NCBI RefSeq assembly: GCF_004010195.1
Contig: NC_057719.1
Span: 14,196,364 to 14,260,363 of the forward strand
DNA length: 64,000 bases
From: Chiloscyllium plagiosum
Taxonomy: Eukaryota
Direction of reading: 5' to 3'
The position numbers were made by a program, and so were the translations under genes. How positions within the stretch are numbered: the stretch's first letter is position 1; every line of letters starts with the position of its first letter. Below are positions 11,754 to 24,799 of the stretch, in pieces. Under the pieces are notes generated by a model. That model was not told the DNA's origin, searched no databases, and saw only the letters and a list, made by a program, of their open reading frames with translations.

Positions 11754-11949
11754 CTGTTGTAGTGGACATGAATAGATGTGAAATACAATTTATCAGGATT
11801 ACAGCAAATACTAAATACATTGCTCAAGTTACTTTGTTCTCATTGGCAGAACCCATTTTTGTAGGTCAACTACGAAAGCCATGTCAACTGGCTATGATTC
11901 AGATGGTTCATTGTTTATATCCAAATGTTCACCAAAACAAATCCTATTG

Positions 11950-12510
11950 TGGCTGTACAGGACATTGGTTAGGCCGCTTTTGGAATACTGCGTTCACCTC
12001 TGGTCTCCCTGCTGTAGGAAGGATGTTGTGAAACTTGAAAAGGTTCGAGAAAGATTTACAAGGATGTTGCCAGGGTTGACAGGTTTGAGCTGCAGGGAGA
12101 GGCTGAACAGGCTGGGGCTGTTTCCTCTGGAGCATTGGAGACTGAGTAGGGTGACCTTCTAGAGGTTTATAAAATCATGAGGGGCATGGATAGGGTGAAT
12201 AGCCAAGGTCTTTTCCTCAGGGTTGGTGAGTCCAAAACTAGAGGGCATAGATTTAAGGTGAGGGGGAAAGATTTAAAAGGGACCTAAGGTGTAGATTTTT
12301 CATGCAGAAGGTGGTGTGTGTATGGAATGAGCTGCCAGAGGAAGTGTGGAGGTTGGTACAATTGCAGCATTTAAAAGGCAGCTGGATGGATATATGAATA
12401 GGAACGACTTGGAGGGATATGGGCCGGGTGCTAGATTAATTTTGGATAACTGGTGGGCATGGTTGAATGGGGCCAAAGGATAAGTTTCCATGCTGTACAT
12501 TTCTATGACT
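11950..12510 (+). mobile_element. CR1-group LINE 3' fragment
   Basis: LYRTLVRPLLEYCVHLWSP...RLNRLGLF and 3' tail ctatgactc. Confidence 0.85.
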
Positions 12511-13574
12511 CCATATTGTTAACGGCGATGTGCCAAGTAAATGACCTACCTCAGTTCCAACTAAGTTTCTGACTAATTCAGATGGCAGCCTTAGCTCACT
12601 GGTCACATTGTTATCTGAGTCATAAAGTATTAAGTTCAAGCCTCACTTCAGAAACATGTGCTCTGCTCCAGATGAACCAGTCGGATGATGGCTGGAGACT
12701 GGATGAATCCTGGGTGATGTGCTACAAAACTCCTTCATAAGTCCCAAAGCACTGATGGGGATAGCTTGAGAAGTTTGAACATCCAAAGGGCCATTTCCCC
12801 TAATCCCGATCCCTGGGATTTTCCAAAACATTCTCCAACTCAGAGGTAGAATTGGAGACTTTGTATAATTCCAACATAGTCCCTGGATAATTACCCAGGA
12901 AATTTTGGCAAGGAAAAAAAAACATCCCAATCAAACTCTCAGGCAACTACAAACTGACCTCAAATCACTCAAAAGACCTGAAACCAACCTCCTGCTGATC
13001 CCCTGATAGTCCTCAACAACTAAACCCCATTCCCCCCAACCACCCCAATCCTCAGGCTCATCTGCTCCCCTGACCTGATCCAATCTCTGAGCTTACCTTA
13101 CTCCCTCACATCCTGACTACAACCCCACCACAACCAACTGACGAAAAGCTATCCAGCTCAGTCAGAACAGACTGGTGATGAAGGCCGAGAGGAACGTTAA
13201 GTCCCCACAGCTTGCCAAGAGCAGCAGCTCCATTGTTCCCTGTGCTAGGACGGAGGGGGCTGGGGGGTGTTGGGGGGAGGTAGTGGGGTAGGCGTGTGCT
13301 TGTGCCAAGCAAGAATGGGAAAGGGCAGTGAGGCATCGGCTGTAAGGTGGGTTTGGAACAATTGCTGGTACAAACAGGCACCTGACAGCCTGATGACAAA
13401 AGGCTTCCTGCCCTTTTCCCAGTAAAGACCTCGGCAGCAGTATCTCATGCTCCATTCTTCAATGTTCATGGAGGGGAGAGGGAATACGTCAGAAGGTGAG
13501 GGGAGGGTAGGGATCTGGAGCAACATGGCTGATCAGGCAGTAGAATTAATAATGAGCAACAGGTCTTTTGTTAG

Positions 13575-13900
13575 TGTCATAAAGTCATAAGCATGGCCCA
13601 AACTTACCATGCCGAACATAATCCCAAACTAAACTAGTCCCACTGCCTGCCCCTGGCCCATATCCCTCCTAACCTTTCCTGTTCATGTACTTATCTCAGA
13701 GTCTTTTAAACGTTGTAACTGTGCCCACATCTACCACTTCCTCAGGAAGTCCATTCCACATGCGAACCACCCTCTGTGTAAAACGTTTACCTCTCATGTC
13801 TTTTTTAAATCTCTCTCCTCCCACCTTAAAAATATGCCCCCTAGTTTTGAAATCTGCCACCCTGGGGAATAGACATCTACCACTAAGCCTTTGATATTTT
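13575..13900 (-). mobile_element. CR1-group LINE 3' end
   Basis: Reverse complement of the LINE 3' UTR seen at 12200-12510. Confidence 0.75.
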
Positions 13901-14660
13901 TAAATTTGTTTTAATTAATGTAGGAATTTAACAATGTGAAGCATTTCAAAATACAGGTTAGAATGTATCTTTTCTGATAAGTAGGCACGACAAAATCTTA
14001 TTTCAGATTAAGCATTGATTTCATTTTTTACTTAAAGTTCTGATTTTTAGCAGTGACCTTGACTTTAAGTGGAACTTATTCAAAATATAATTTCCTGGAC
14101 TCCATTGCTAACCTCATTGTTTAGGCACAATATTCAATCACTATCGCTGCCCGTGAAACCCCTCCTACACCTGAAGGAGGGTCACTGGACTCGTTTTTCA
14201 CTTCACAGTTGCTGCCAGACCTTCTGAGTTTCTCCAGCACTTTCTGGTTTTGTTTGCTTCTGCTGCTACAGTAAGATGTCTTCGTGCGCCAGGACTGTAA
14301 GCAGTTATTTATGAGCTATCGTTAGACAGAGTAGATTTGACCTTTGCTTTTTTGGAAGAACCATTCCTGAATCAGCATTAACATTGTTTGTATGGGTCAC
14401 TTTGCTTGCACTCGATTGGATTTTTTAATTAAACAATATCATTCCAAGTCAGTAGGGGGCAGGATTACCCTTGGCGAGAAAATAGAAACTTTTATTCAAT
14501 AAACATAACTTCAGTAGTAACATCTGAAAAGGTACACTTCAGCTCAGTTCAAGTATCTGAGTTCACAAAGTTCAGTACATAACACGGCATTTAAGCCTGC
14601 CTCCATCTATTCATAATTATAAACACACACGACATCCGTAAACCTCTTTCAATTTCTGAT

Positions 14661-14852
14661 ATGATGTGGAGGTGCCGGTGTTGGACTGGGGTGGACAAGG
14701 CCAGAGGTCACACGCCACCAGGTTATAGACCAACAGGTTTATTTGAAATCACGAGTTTTTGGAGCGCTGTCCTCACTTCACCTGATGCAGGGGCAGCATT
14801 GTGATTTCAAGTAAACCTGTTTGACAATATCCTGGTGTCAGGTGACTTCTGA
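14661..14852. mobile_element. Fold-back Penelope-type element (tgatgtggaggtgccggtgttggact... family)
   Basis: Inverted arms around a degenerate cacctgatg core; related ends near 2245 and 53745. Confidence 0.6.
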
Positions 14853-15000
14853 TTGATGTCTGATAGAAAGAGCCACTGCCCTTATGCTCCTGCTAGTGCA
14901 TGCGATACTCATCTCAGTTTATATCAACCAAGCCAATTTGCTTCTCTGCTAATTAGATTCAGATAAGAACATTTGGAAGCTCCTTTACTTAAACCAAGTT

Positions 15001-15352
15001 GGCAACACAGTGGCTCAGTGGTTAGTACTGCTACCTTACAGCACTAGGGACGTGGGTTCGATTCCAGCCTCATGTGACCGTCTATGTGGAGTTTGCACAT
15101 TCTCCTCATGTCTGCGTGGTTTCCCTCCAGGTGCTCCGGTTTCCTCCCACAGTCCAAAGATGTGCAATTCAGGTGGATTGGCCATTCTAAATTGCCCATT
15201 TCGTGCAGGCTAGGTGGATTAGCTATGGGTAAATATGGAGTTACAGGGATAGGAAGTGGTTAATGTTGGTCTGGGTGGGATGCTCTTTGGAGGGCTGGTG
15301 GGAACTCAATAGGCCAAATGGCCTGCTTCCACACTATAGGGATTCCATGATT
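15001..15352 (+). mobile_element. HE1/V-SINE-like SINE, the only plus-strand copy seen
   Basis: TGGCTCAGTGG A box, GGTTCGATTCC B box, shared body and tail. Confidence 0.85.
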
Positions 15353-15874
15353 GTATAAAGCATGAATTGCAGTTAGATTGTTTGTAAATGTAGAGATATT
15401 TTCCTTTCATTTTAGGGGCAGTTTCATCACTGAGGAAACCTGTAAAAGTAGTAGATTCAGAGCTAGACCAGAGGGGGGCAGCAGGATCAAGGAGGAAGAC
15501 AGCTGTTCATCGAGCACATGCGGCTTTCCACTTTAAAATTCATAGCGTTTAGGTATATGGACCTCAGAAGTCATTCAGAGTCATTGGATGTTTGGAATTT
15601 AATAGATTGGGATTATATCATGTGGTTGAGATTTTTGTATCATGGTGGCAAGGAAGAGAATGCTCTGACAACATTTGGGCCAGATTTTCCAATTGAATTG
15701 GGAACTAAGCACCTGGGAGGAATTTTGTCCTAAATTATTGTGGTCTTTAAATGCAAATAGTATGATTGGCTAGCAAGTGGCCTTAGCACCAGAACTCCTT
15801 CACTCAAAAGACATTAATTAACCCGATCGGTTTTTTGATAGTTGGGCGAACTTTTTAAAATCAGTTTTATTTCA

Positions 15875-16190
15875 TTCGCTCTTGGCCAGAATTTATTACC
15901 CATCCCTAATTGCCCAAAGGGCAGTTAAAAGTCAACCACACATCTGTGGGTCTGGAGTCGTATGTAGTCCAGACCAGGTAAGGATGGCAGTTTCCTTCCC
16001 TGAAGGACACTAGTGAACCAGATGGGATTTTCCAACAATCATTTCATGATCATCATTAGACACTTATTTCCAGGCTCTTATTATTAATTCAAATTTCACC
16101 ATCTGCCATGGCAGGATTCAAACCCAGGTCTCCTGGATGAGTTTCTGGATGAATAAATTAGCGATAATACCACAAGGCCATTGCCTCCCA
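15875..16190 (-). mobile_element. Second SINE family copy
   Basis: Similar to 6783-7125. Confidence 0.65.
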
Positions 16191-16459
16191 GTGTGTATAA
16201 CCCTGGAGTTTGAAATGCTACTGGATGACATTACCATGACTGCACTGCCTCTCCTTTCCTGTCTATTTAAAGAGACTCCCCTGGGAGCAGTAATTCTAAT
16301 GACAGAGGATATATGAAGCACACAGATCTTTGATATTGGACACTAGACAATAGTTAAAGTCAATATAGCTATTTTCACCCACTTCGTGTTTAACATCTGG
16401 GGTGTTAAAGGCTTCTCCAGCTGTCTATCCGCACAGCCCTGAGTGCACCTCATTGAGAG

Positions 16460-16570
16460 TGAGTGTGTAAGCGTGTGTGCATGCACGCCTGTGAGTGTGT
16501 GTGTGTATGTATATGTGTGTAAATGTGTATCTGTGTGTGTGTATGTGTATAGATTTGTGTTTGTGTGGTG
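16460..16570. repeat. Imperfect (GT)n microsatellite
   Basis: Directly visible. Confidence 0.85.
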
Positions 16571-16862
16571 GGGTGGGGTTGGGGCTTAAGAAGCCATGCA
16601 ATGTTTTGGCCTTGCCTGTTATTTGTACTCCAGATAGAGTGAAATAGTGTATGTTGGCAACATGAATGAAATACCACACAGATCCATGATGAAAACAGCT
16701 AACCTGTCTTTTCTATTCAACCTGTTCAGAGATGTAATTACACATCTCTGGAACAGGTAGGACTGAACCCGGATCTCTCAATCCAGGGGTAAGGGCACGA
16801 CCACTGCACCACAGGAGGGCACTTAACTAATTGTTGTTTCTCTACGTTCCAATTGAACTTAC

Positions 16863-17006
16863 CCATTGTTACCCGAGGGTGGCACTGTCCTCTTGCTGGG
16901 TCAAAGTCTTCATTCTCATCCATGCACACACAGAAGAAGGATCCTTCATAATTTTCACAGAGGGCTGTTCCACAGACTCCATTCATCATCTCACATTCAT
17001 TGACAT
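16863..17006 (-). CDS. LTBP2: LTBP2-like exon E, cbEGF preceding TB3 (DVNECEMMNGVCGTALCENYEGSFFCVCMDENEDFDPARGQCHPRVTM)
   Basis: Acceptor tttatag|AT, donor G|gtaagt; 144 nt, phase 1-1. Confidence 0.92.
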
Positions 17007-19095
17007 CTATAAATTGAGAACAAGTGATTTTCTTTAATTAAAATATCTACATACTCCAACTGCCTAATAGCAATAGATGAGATTCCTGACAAGACAATGG
17101 CACCTTTAAGAGGAGAAAATTTGCCGACTATTCCTGGTCTAGTCTACAAGTGACTCCAGAACCACAGCAATGCATCTGACTCATAAGTGCTCTCTGAAAA
17201 GACCAAAGAAACCATTCAGCTTTTTTTTCAAACCACTCTAAATAATAAATACCACATGGACTGTAGCAAGGAAGCAGCTCATCATCACCTTCTCAAGGGT
17301 ATTTAGGGATGGGCAACATATACTGGCCTTGCCAGTAGTGCCAACACCCCATGGATGTACAAAATAAGTTATACCATGTTCAGATTTACCCCTTCTGCAA
17401 GAGATATTTTAAGTACATTATTTTACTTGACTCTGCGGCTTAATTATTCATCGAAATAAATATGTACTCATACTCGCAAGGATCATGTTCCACTAGCCAC
17501 CTGTTCCTGGTTTTGTTGAGGAAGTCAGCAAACGAACTTTGTGCTGCTTCCTCATTTGTCCAAGTTTAGTTGAACAGACCCGATCTTTTTTTCTGTGTTT
17601 TTTTAAAACTGTGTTACGAAAAGAAAAAATAATTGTCTTAAAACCGGGGATTTACAAGGATGGTGGCATATTTTGAACATGCAATACCTGTTCTGAACCC
17701 TTTCTGTGTAGCTGTGCAGATGAACCAGAGAAAAGGGCTTGTTTCCAAGTGAAACTGATTGTTTTTGTGGACCGGGACCAGTTATCAGTGATAGAAGTGC
17801 TCTACCCTCCCACATCGATTTGATTGGTTGTCAGGTAGCTCAACAGTTTGTGCCATGAGCAGGACACAGAGAAGCTTTGTCAGACCAGGACAGAAACCAG
17901 AAGGCTGGCAACAGCAGAAAACTATTGCAGTTTCTCTGGTGTAAGCCACTTTAAATCTGGAGAAAAGCAGCTTCTCTTTCTTTCAGAAGATGCTGTTAGG
18001 TTGTGACTTTGAATTGGCTAAGTCATGGACATTTCAGAAGGGATCCAGCCACCCTGTGCCTTTTGCAAACCAGTGGAAGCATTTGGAAAAAGGAATGTCG
18101 AGGACAAATCTTCAGATCAGTAAGAACCCAACACAGAGATCTTGTGAACAAAATCTATGGAACTGTTTTACAAATGTATTTTTTCACCAATTTATATTTG
18201 TTTGTGTGTGTATAAGGAGGAGTTTTAGAGTTTCAATTTGTAAAATTTAGTTTAATTCTTTACCTGTAGCTAGAATCTAATGATCTGTAATAAAGAGTGA
18301 TTACTTATTAAATACAGAAGCCTGGATCTGAAAATCAAGCACAACAAACAGACATTGCTGGAGAAACTCAGCAAGTCTGGCAGCATCAGGTAGTTTGGGG
18401 ATTTTTAAGTTCAAAAAAGCTGGACTTTTGTGACAACCCGAAGAAATCAGGGTGGGACAGTGAAAAGTTGAACATGGTCTATTCTGTTGGCTGGCTACAT
18501 TCTCAACAATGTGCCTAACAGCTTGTGAGGTGAACATGTGTTTCAGCTCATGTTCAGCTCTTGAATGCAATGTGTTGCTCTTAAAATCAATGAACCATAG
18601 GGAGGTATTGCTGATTGCCAGGACTGCAAATATCTGATGTTGTAAACAAAACAAATGGAACATCAAAGCAGAGAGAGGTCTCCTACGTTCACGTGGCATT
18701 AGACACCTTGGAGTCATACAGTCATACACACATAAAATCATGCATACATAGAGTCATACATACTGAGTTTTGAAGGTCAACAGGAGGAGAGAGGCCAATT
18801 TTCTGCAGGGGAAATACAATTTCTGACTGTTATTCTAATCTTTTCACCTTTATTTGCTTTGAGCTATTACCTACACTACCTTTTGACTCAAGTCTTCCAC
18901 TGCATTTAATTCTTTAAAGCACTTATGTCTATGCTGTGTAGCCTTTCCACAACAGCTCTGGCCCAGTGTGGTTTTGAGGCAGGTACTTTAATGATATGAT
19001 TCCTTCTTTTCCCATTATGGTGCCAGGTTCCCGTGAAATGGAATTCTTTCTTTTCCAAACCACTCTTGTAGCCAGGTGTTTGTTACGCAATGGGG

Positions 19096-19331
19096 AGAAA
19101 TAGCTCTGTAGAGGCCAGTATTCTGTCACCAAGTTACTCTTTGTTTACATGTACACGGTACCTGACACAGATCCAGCTCCCTCAGAGCCAGCTCTCAGAG
19201 TGAACAGAACCTCTGACACCCCTGTTTATATCTGTCAGCCAGGGCTCCCTGATTGGACCAGGTAAGAGCCCCAAGTCAGAGAATTCATTTTCTATGAGAT
19301 CCACCAAGCTGAACTTGTTACAGCCACTACA
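19096..19331 (-). mobile_element. Solo LTR, copy 1
   Basis: TGTAGTG start on the minus strand; 5 bp TSD-like tgggg/tggag; homologous to 20238 and 49273. Confidence 0.6.
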
Positions 19332-19704
19332 TGGAGGTGCCAGTATATCAAGTGCACATTGGTGCAATAGTTACTTTGCAAATTCTGCCTATCTCCCCAA
19401 TAATATGTGGGGCCTATGATTTCCACTGGCTGCTCAATGGGAAATCTAACTAAGCTAACAAGGCATGACTCCATTCTCTCTGCTTAGAGAGCACACAATG
19501 AAGCAGCCTCTCTTCCTAGATAGAGTCCTTCACCTCCTGGCTGACTGAACAGTGTCACTGGGAAATGTTCTCCCTTTCACCCACTTCTTCTTGGAATGAT
19601 GGTGTGGATGTTGAGTGCAACACGTTTTGTCGCATATATAAGCACATTTCTGTGTCCATTTTCTTGGTGAATCTGAGAAACCCCAGGCTGCTGAGTAAGG
19701 TGAA

Positions 19705-20110
19705 GACAGGAGGAGAAACAAACATAAATTGCTGGAGAAACTCAGCAGATTCTGGCTGCACCTGTGGAGAGAAAGCACTGTTAGCATTTCTTCAGAACTG
19801 ACTGTAGACAGGAAAAGGTTGGTATATATGCTAAGGACAGGAGGTGGGGTGGTAAATGAGTAAACAATGGATAAAGATAGACTCCAGAGAGAACTGCAAT
19901 GGAGCAGACGAAGGAATGGATAATGGTAAGCTGCGGAAAAAGGAAAGCTGATACCAAGGACCATTAGTGGATGAAATTGGGTTGACTGTGATAAGAGCAG
20001 CCCATGTGATGACAGGGTGAGGTGTGTGGGGGTGGATAGAAGACATAGAGGAAAGTGGTCAGGTCCTAAAATTATTGAACTCAATATTGAATCCTGAAGG
20101 CTGCAGGGTT
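19705..20110 (-). mobile_element. Decayed Penelope-like 3' end
   Basis: Reverse complement resembles the LQPxGxNxEF end of the GIY-YIG ORF plus pseudo-LTR; similar remnant at 52050-52440. Confidence 0.55.
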
Positions 20111-20237
20111 CCCTGGCCAACATCTTTAGTTCAGGCCTGCTGCAGTACTCCAGTGGAGCTCAGTGCAAGCTGGAAGATCAATATCTTATTTCCTGCTTGC
20201 CAACTTAGCCAATTTTCCAGCCACATCAGTAATTTTC

Positions 20238-20852
20238 TGAAGTAACTCCAAAGTATCCTGTCACCAAGTCACCCTTTATTTACATGTGGATTGTTCTTGT
20301 CATTGATCCAATTCCCTCAGAGCCAGCTGTCAGAGTGAACAGGATGTCTGACTCTCCTGTTTATTTATTTATTTTTTTTAAGAACATTCGAAAGCTGATT
20401 GGAGGCTGATATTTAGATTAGATTAGATTCCCTACAGTGTAGAAACAGGCCCTTCGGCCCAACAAGTCCACACCGACCCGCCGAAGCGTAACCCACCCAG
20501 ACCTATTCCCCTGCATTTACCCCTTCACCTAACACTACAGGCAATTGAGCATGGCCAATTTGCCTAACCTGCACATTTTTTGGATTGTGGGAGGAAACCG
20601 GAGCACCCGGAGGAAACCCACGCAGACACGGGGAGAATGTGCAAGGTCCACACAGTCAGTCGCCTGAGGCGGAATTGAACCCGGGTCTCTAGCGCTGTGA
20701 GGCAACAGTGCTAACCACTGTGCCACCGTGCCGCCCACTCTTCTGTTTATATCCATCAGCCAGGAGTCCCTGATTGGTCAAGATTAACTGCCTCAATCAG
20801 AGAACTCATATTCTATAAGGTCTATCTGGCTGACCTCACTACAATCACTACA
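20238..20852 (-). mobile_element. Solo LTR, copy 2, interrupted by a SINE
   Basis: TG...CA ends, TSD-like ttttc/ctttc, AATAAA on the minus strand. Confidence 0.65.
20413..20736 (-). mobile_element. Young HE1/V-SINE-like SINE
   Basis: Intact head GGGCGGCACGGTGGCACAGTGG and (TCTAA)n tail. Confidence 0.9.
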
Positions 20853-22425
20853 CTTTCCTTAAATTCCATGGGCTTATGCTTAAATCTCTTTATCAAAAGC
20901 CTTCTGGACATCCTTAAAAGCTGCTTTGTGGCCCTGTGCTGGTCTTTGTATCTTTCCCAGTTAACAAGATCCATGCTATTCTTTGTATTTTTATCAGCCC
21001 TTTCATTGAGTTTTATGCTGTTCCTTATCTATTTGGGTTGTCTATGGCTCTTTTTTTCTGTGAAGTGGAGCTTTTCCCTCTCAGGGGTATAAACTGGCTT
21101 GGTATTACCTACCAAGGTATGAGCAATGATTGGGCCTAACAATGGAGCCATGCCCCGCTATGTCTTCGAAAATGAAGCATCGGAATCCCTTGTTAAAGAG
21201 ACTTTAATGAGAGTTGGTGACACACAGTATCATTAACTGCATCGTCCATGTAAAATGCAGTCTGCTCAACCTCAATTTATCTGTTAATTCATTGTAAGGC
21301 ATGTTAATCCTGACTGTTAAAGGTTAAATTGTATATAAAGTAATGTAAAGTCACTATTGTCTTACAGAACATAGAGCTGCTCTCTCATTCAATAGAAACA
21401 ACTGGTGGTGATTTAATCTGAGGGTCACCACGTCTCAGGCAAGGGGAGAGATTGAGAAGGAGAGTCCTTCATGGTAACCTCAGCCGATGCAGTAATTGAA
21501 CCCACACTGTCAGTAAATATATTTTAGAATATATTTTGCATGCTTTGGCTATGTCTGAGTTGAATTGAGCATTTTGGAGTGATTTGTTGTTGTGAAGTTT
21601 GGCGAGCTCTCTCACAGTATCTTAAGGAAACTCATCTCATTAGTTATTTACCCCACAACTTCTGCTTCTCTCACCACCGACTTCTGCCCCATCTTACCAT
21701 TTCCTTGCAGCGCACCCTAGACATGACTGACCGGACCAATGGTAAATGATTCCCCTTGGGATGGCCTGGCAGGATGGCCTGCTGCTCAATTCCTGGGTTA
21801 AAACGGGAAAGAGCCCTTGACCGTGAGCCTCCCAGATGGATGACTGACTGTGTCAAAGCCCCTTGACTGTGGCCGTGACTGATGATGCTTGGACCCCCTG
21901 ACCGACAATGGATTCCTTGGATAGATTGAACATTATTCCCCATCATTTATTGACATGGCCAATGAATGTGCAGTCTGCTTGGAACTGGGGCAGCTGGTAC
22001 ATGCTGACAGCGTTCGATTAACATCTTGCTGTATCATTCACGAAGGTGCCCTCCCTACACTGAGACAGGCATACTGTCTTTGTGTCTGTGCTAAAGAGCC
22101 CATCCGAATAGCAGTAATAAAAGCCTCTGGCTATGGTAGAAGTACCAGTGCACTAACAGGCAAGGTATGGATGCTGTGGGTAGATGCAAAGTGAGTGCTA
22201 AGAGACAGAGTAAGCAGCTTTGAGAAGCAGCTTGACTCAATCCATGAGTTGGTGCTTGCGTGCCAAGTGTCCATGCTGCAGTGTTTCAATTCCAGTTTCT
22301 GGTATGGCCTTCAAGACAAGACTGTGCTTTCTGAGCATTTTGGTAGTGAATGGCCATGATGGGCTGGCAGATGCCAATGTCTGTGGAGGAAGGGTACAAC
22401 TGGTGCCTATGGATTGTGCCCTGAG

Positions 22426-24630
22426 ATAGAGTCATAGAGATGTACAGCATGGAAACAGACCCTTCAGTCCAACGATCCATGCCGACCAGATATCCCAACC
22501 CAATCTAGTCCCACCTGCCAGCACCCAGACCATATCCCTCCAAACCCTTCCTATTCATAAAACCATCCAAATGCCTCATAAATGTTGCAATTGTACCAGC
22601 CTCCACCACATCCTCTGGCAGCTCATTCCATACACGTACCACTCTCTGTGTGAAAAAGTTGCCCTGTAGGTCTCTTTTATATCTTTCCCCTCTCACCCTA
22701 AACCTATGCCCTCTAGTTCTGGACTCCCCGACCCCAGGGAAAAGACTTTGCCTATTTACCCTATTCATGCCCCTCATAATTTTGTAAACCTCTATAAGGT
22801 TACCCCCTCAGCCTCCGCGCTCCAGGGAAAACAGCCCCAGCCTGTTCAGCCTCTCCCTGTAGCTCAGATGCTCCAACCCTGGCAACATCCTTGTAAATCT
22901 TTTCTGAACCCTTTCAAGTTTCACAACATCTTTCCGATAGGAAGGAGACCAGAACTGCATGCAATATTCCAAAAGTGGCCTAACCAATGTCCTGTACAGT
23001 TGCAACATGACCTCCCAACTCCTGTACTCAATACTCTGACTGATAAAGGAAAGCATACCAAATGCCTTCTTCACTATCCTATCTACCTGTGACTCCACTT
23101 TCAAGGAGCTATGAACCTGCACTCCAAGGTCTCTTTGTTCAGCAACACTTCCTAGGACCTTACCATTAAGTGTATAAGTCCTGCTAAGATTTGCTTTCCC
23201 TAAGCGCAGCACCTTGCATTTATCTGAATTAAACTCATAATTTGAGGAGTTTAATTCTCAGCCCACTACACTCAGCCACTTCTCAGCCCACTGGCCCATC
23301 TGGTCAAGATCCTGTTGTAATCTGAGGTAAGCCTCTTCGCTGTCCACTGCACCTCCAATTTTGGTGTCATCTGCAAACTTACTAATTGTACCTCTTATGC
23401 TCGCATCCAAATCATTTATGTAAATGACAAAAAATAGAGGACCCAGCACCGACCCTTGTGGCACTCCACTCGTCACAGGCCTCCTGTCTGAAAAACAACC
23501 CTCCACCACCACCCTCTGTCTTCTACCTTTGAGCCAGTTCTGTATCCAAATGGCTAGTTCTCCCTTTATTCCGTGAGATCTAACCTTGTTAACCAGTCTC
23601 CCATGGACAACCTTGTCAAACGCCTTACTGAAGTCCATATAGATCACATCTACCCCTCTGACCTCATCAATCCTCTTTGTTACTTCCTCAAAAAACTCAA
23701 TCAAGTTTGTGAGACATGATTTCCCATGCACAAAGCCATGTTGACTATCCCTAATCAGTCCTTGCCTTTCCAAATACATGTACATCCTGTCCCTCAGGAT
23801 TCCCTCCAACAACAGGCTCACTGGTCTATAGTTACCTGGCTTGTCCTTACTACCCTTCTTAAACAGTGGCACTATGTTAGCCAACCTCCAGTCTTCTAGC
23901 ACCTCACTTGTGACTATCGATGATACAAATATCTCAGCAAGAGGCCCAGCAATCACTTCTCTTGCTTCCCATAGAGTTCTAGGGTACACCTGATCAGTTC
24001 CTGGGGCCTTATCCATTTTTATGCGTTTCAAGACATCCAGCACTTCCTCCTCTGTAATATGGACATTTTGCAAGATGTCACCACCTATTTCCCTACAGTC
24101 TATATCAAACATATCCTTTTCCACAGTAAATACTGATGCAAAATACTCATTTGAAATCTCCTCCATTTTCTGTGGCTCCACACAAAGGCCGCCTTGTTGA
24201 TCTTTGACAGGCCCTATTCTCTCCCTAGTTACCCTTTTGTCCTTAATGTATTTGCAAAAACTCTTTGGATTCTCCTTAATTTTATTTGCCAAAACTATCT
24301 CATGTCCCCTTTTTGCCCTCCTGATTTCCCTCTTAAGTATACTCCTACTTCCTTTACACTCTTCTAAGAATTCACTCGATCTATCCTGTCTATACCTGAC
24401 ATGTGCTTCCTTCTTTTTCTTTACGAAACCCTCAATTCCTTTAGTCATCCAGCATTCCCTATACCTACCAGCCTTTCCTTTCACCCTAACAGGAATATAC
24501 ATTCTCTGGATTCTCGTTATCTCATTTCTGAAAACTTCCCATTGTCCAGCCGTCCGTTTACCTGCGAACATCTACCCCCAATCACCTTTCGAAAGATCTT
24601 GCCTAATACCGTCAAAATTGGCCTTTCTCC
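22426..24630 (-). mobile_element. 5'-truncated CR1-group LINE with a 437 aa ORF2 RT remnant (23258-24571)
   Basis: [34 protein letters not shown] and KFADDTK motifs; disrupted near 23210-23270; complete 3' UTR. Confidence 0.95.
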
Positions 24631-24799
24631 AGATGTTGTTATCCAGTGTCCAGCATGGAGGTCATTCAGAGCTTGGGCTCAACTGAACCCGCCAGATATA
24701 CAAGTGTGGTTTCCTTGTTGAATTTTGCTGACCTCTAGCTTTGTCGAGTTCAATGAGGTGGGAGGCTGAATACTTTGTCAAGGAGAATACAAGCACTGA

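Noticed and set aside
11754..11820. Hydrophobic signal-peptide-like start (MYLVFAVILINC) in ORF 11518-11820
   Set aside because: Most simply T-rich intron read-through upstream of the acceptor; the same applies to ORF-track extensions around the other exons
15001..15075. tRNA genes
   Set aside because: The A/B boxes belong to SINE heads that continue into SINE bodies; no full cloverleaf is evident
21670..22425. Older LINE remnant flanking the large CR1 copy
   Set aside because: Only a faint ASPSW-like motif; family and boundaries cannot be supported by eye
23258..24571. 437 aa ORF as a host gene or active retrotransposon
   Set aside because: 5'-truncated LINE ORF2 that lacks the endonuclease and has internal deletions and a disrupted C-terminus
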